Origin: Planctomycetota bacterium
GTDB taxonomy: Bacteria > Planctomycetota > GCA-002687715 > DRQF01
Reading direction: 5' to 3'
NCBI GenBank assembly: GCA_036479435.1
Contig: JAZGFI010000262.1
Location: 1-51,654 of the forward strand
DNA: 51,654 bases
Shown here piece by piece: positions 49,430 through 51,654 of this stretch. The notes under the pieces are model-generated. The model was not told the DNA's origin and made no database searches. It saw only the letters and a list, made by a program, of their open reading frames with translations. A program made the translations under genes and the position numbers. The stretch's first letter is position 1. Every line of letters starts with the position of its first letter.

Positions 49430-49457
49430 AAAAGCCCGGCCAAAAGGCCGGGCTTTT
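49430..49457. terminator. Bidirectional intrinsic terminator
   Basis: AAAAGCCCGGCC-aaaa-GGCCGGGCTTTT between convergent genes. Confidence 0.85.
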
Positions 49458-50631
49458 ACTTTAGGTAGGCGCGAAGGTCCCGCGCGGCCTGTGGCGGCAC
49501 GAAGTAGGCGGCGCTGTTTTTGTCCGACAGTTTGGTCGCGAAGCCGATGCTGAACTTGCCCTCGGGCGGGTTCGGCGTGTAGGAACCGCATCCGAAAAAA
49601 TCGCCCTTTGAGACCAAGTCGAATTGCGTGAGCTGGCCCTTCTTCATCCGATAGAAACCAAGGACTTGGCCTTCGTAGCCACGGTCGCCGTTTTTGGATT
49701 CCAGCTTCACCTGCCCCACAATCTTCCAGCCCTTTGGCTGCTTCAAGACTTTGAGCTTTAGTTCTTTCACTTCCTCGACTCGCCACATCGGAGGCTCGCC
49801 TCTGGTGTTGTCAACGAAGTGAAACCTGACGATCCTGCGCTTCAAGCTCTCCGCCAATTTGCCCTTTCTGAGCAACTTGCGCTCCGACTCTAAGATCCAC
49901 AGTCGGTCTTTGCCTCGCGCCGCACGAATCATCTCACTCCAAGTGTTCTTGTTCTTCGGCCACGAGCCCTTCAAGATTCTCGAATGAACGTCAACCACGG
50001 TGGCACCAGCCGGGATATCGCGCTGGTAGCGAGGGTCACTCTTGGACTGGCTTGGGCCTTTGGGCGCGCGCGTCTTCTGGGTAGAGATTGCCTTCAAGCC
50101 ATTTTTGAGGTGCCGCCTGACGCGGCCAGGGTTGCGGTTGTTCCAACCCTGAAAGAGCTCCCCTGAAACCTCGAAAATGTAAAAACCCTGAGTGGTCCGG
50201 CCGAGATGCGCGCCCTCTCGTTGCAAGACGACTTTTCGATAAAAATCCCCCGCAGCATCTTGGCGGCGCGAGTAGTACCAAGCATCGACGGCTACCGGAA
50301 TGTAGCTGCGGCTTAAGAGCGCAACGATCTTTTTGTCAGCGAAGGTGGACGCACGGTCCACCACTCCGTTGTTTCAGACACAGCCCATCGGATGGCCATC
50401 CATGGACCACATGAACAAAGGCCGGCCCTTCTGCGACGATTTCTTAAGGGCCGCCGAAAGGTCGATCTCCCAAGGGATCGTCTCCCACGTGGCAGGTTTT
50501 CGCTGCGTAAGATCTTTGTGAAGGCGTTTGAACTCGGCTTGGCGAAGTGTCTCTTGCCCCCAAACACCTGCTCCGAGTATTCCCAACGCCAAAGCCGTTA
50601 GGCAATGCAACCGATTCAATCGGCTTCTCAA
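49456..50631 (-). CDS. Predicted secreted thioredoxin-like selenoprotein (CxU motif), 391 aa, Sec86
   Basis: ORFs 50374-50631 and 49456-50364 are in frame across TGA 50376-50374: DGHPMGCV-U-NNGVVDRASTFAD; the flanks 'IPWEIDLSAALKKSSQKGRPLF' and 'TFADKKIVALLSRSYIPVAVD' are two halves of one thioredoxin-like domain. Confidence 0.8.
50341..50366 (-). promoter_or_regulatory. Candidate bacterial SECIS element
   Basis: Minus strand GGTGGAC-CGTGC-GTCCACC (50362-50344), stem starting at +12 after TGA; extendable GAG/TTC pairing with a bulged T. Confidence 0.8.
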
Positions 50632-50722
50632 AAAACCCGCTCCCGCATTACCAATCCAACACTCGCCAATCGCTGGAGGCGACCGCCCTTTCGTTTCGGA
50701 AGAAACCTACTCTCACGCCGAA

Positions 50723-51259
50723 TCATGCATCCGCCTTATACTCTTTCAGATCCGACATGAATTCCCTCAATTTGAGAAGAGCATCCGTGTTGTCAGGATC
50801 TGCAGCCCACATCTTGACTTCGTCCCAATAGTCTTTGTCTCTCCCATTCTCCTCTTTTTGAATTCGGTGTTCGCAGATACTTGTCACAAGGCGGAGCAAG
50901 GAGTCATACGAGGTTGCGAAGCCTTGTTGCTCACGGCGAAGCGCGATGAACTCCGCCCATCGAACCACCATATTGGTAATAGATGAGCCTTCCATGACAG
51001 CAATCATCTCGATGTCGTAGAGGCCATGATCGACTCCAATGCCGATACTGAGGAGTCTAGACAAGAAATTGCGGACGCGTAGTCGTTGCCTCGCGTGTTT
51101 CGAAAGTTCCTCGACTGGACCTCTCGCATAGATCGGAGGCAAGAACTGCATGTTCGGCACACCGTCGGACTGGAAGAACTCGACGGCCTCGGACCTAGCG
51201 GCACAACACTGTTCGCCAACATTATCAAGGGTGTATTTCTTCAGCTCAAGACTCGACAT
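50723..51259 (-). CDS. Hypothetical protein, DUF4760-like
   Basis: GAGGA RBS before ATG 51259; 'IGIGVDHGLYDIEMI...W..FI..RR...SYDSL' pattern; visibly more AT-rich than neighbours. Confidence 0.5.
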   Translation of the reverse strand: MSSLELKKYTLDNVGEQCCAARSEAVEFFQSDGVPNMQFLPPIYARGPVEELSKHARQRLRVRNFLSRLLSIGIGVDHGLYDIEMIAVMEGSSITNMVVRWAEFIALRREQQGFATSYDSLLRLVTSICEHRIQKEENGRDKDYWDEVKMWAADPDNTDALLKLREFMSDLKEYKADA

Positions 51260-51654
51260 GTTTTCCTCGCTGCTCATTCAACCTGAATACCCAAGGCGCA
51301 CTACTCTCGGGTGGCCAGGTTGCGATCATTCGAATTTCCCAAAAGCGGCCCACGCCAACGTCCTCGACATTAAACAGGTGTGAAGCGGTCGTCAATGCTC
51401 AAAACAGGACTCTAGCCTCAAAGCGTCTGCTGCAACGTCGGATTGATGGGAACTCGAGACGACTCCGGGCCGCAACGAGTTCACTCATTGACCGTAGCCT
51501 TCAGCTCAACGTTTGTTGGCGCAACCAAAAAGTGGCCGATGGAACCTGCCGTAGATCTATCCGCACCATGCAGTCACAGCTCCCGATCTTCTTTCGAAAT
51601 GCAATCCCAGGTAATTCCCAAGCGGCGGATAGGCCGAAAGTAGACGGGCAGCTC

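Noticed and set aside
51278..51280. In-frame TGA just upstream of ORF 50723-51277 as a third Sec codon
   Set aside because: No Cys/redox context, no CGUGY hairpin, upstream frame closes again within ~15 codons, and a good RBS precedes ATG 51259.

Overview
GC-rich, gene-dense bacterial chromosomal window. A Planctomycetota origin is inferred from gene style (prenyltransferase-repeat protein, poly-Gly lipoprotein, many secreted hypotheticals) but is not proven. The first ~44 kb is mostly housekeeping: nadD, hisS, miaA, a YmfF/YmfH-like M16 peptidase pair, a ubiX-UbiA/MqnP-holA-mutL operon, ruvB-SpoIID-tgt, cstA, ltaE-PMM-larC, an alpha-glucan cluster (GH15, glgC, degenerate glycogen-synthase/DUF4912 fusion, GH57) interrupted by a circularly permuted ATP-grasp + YbdK ligase pair, and tRNA-Ala(GGC). 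The most striking result lies at 45.6-50.6 kb, where the ORF track splits two genes at in-frame TGA codons that sit at redox-motif positions: W-U-P-L-C in a DUF3179-like domain (TGA 46936-46938, + strand) and G-C-V-U-N-N-G in a secreted thioredoxin-like protein (TGA 50376-50374, - strand). Each TGA is followed by a perfect 7-bp hairpin with nearly the same pentaloop (CGUGU / CGUGC), consistent with a shared SECIS element. The two predicted selenoproteins flank a secreted five-heme cytochrome c. The DUF3179-like gene also appears to be the 3' half of a larger protease-like/EF-hand fusion broken by an 11-bp tandem duplication. No selA/B/C/D genes, mobile elements or CRISPR arrays were seen. All family assignments are from motif recognition by eye; no searches were run.
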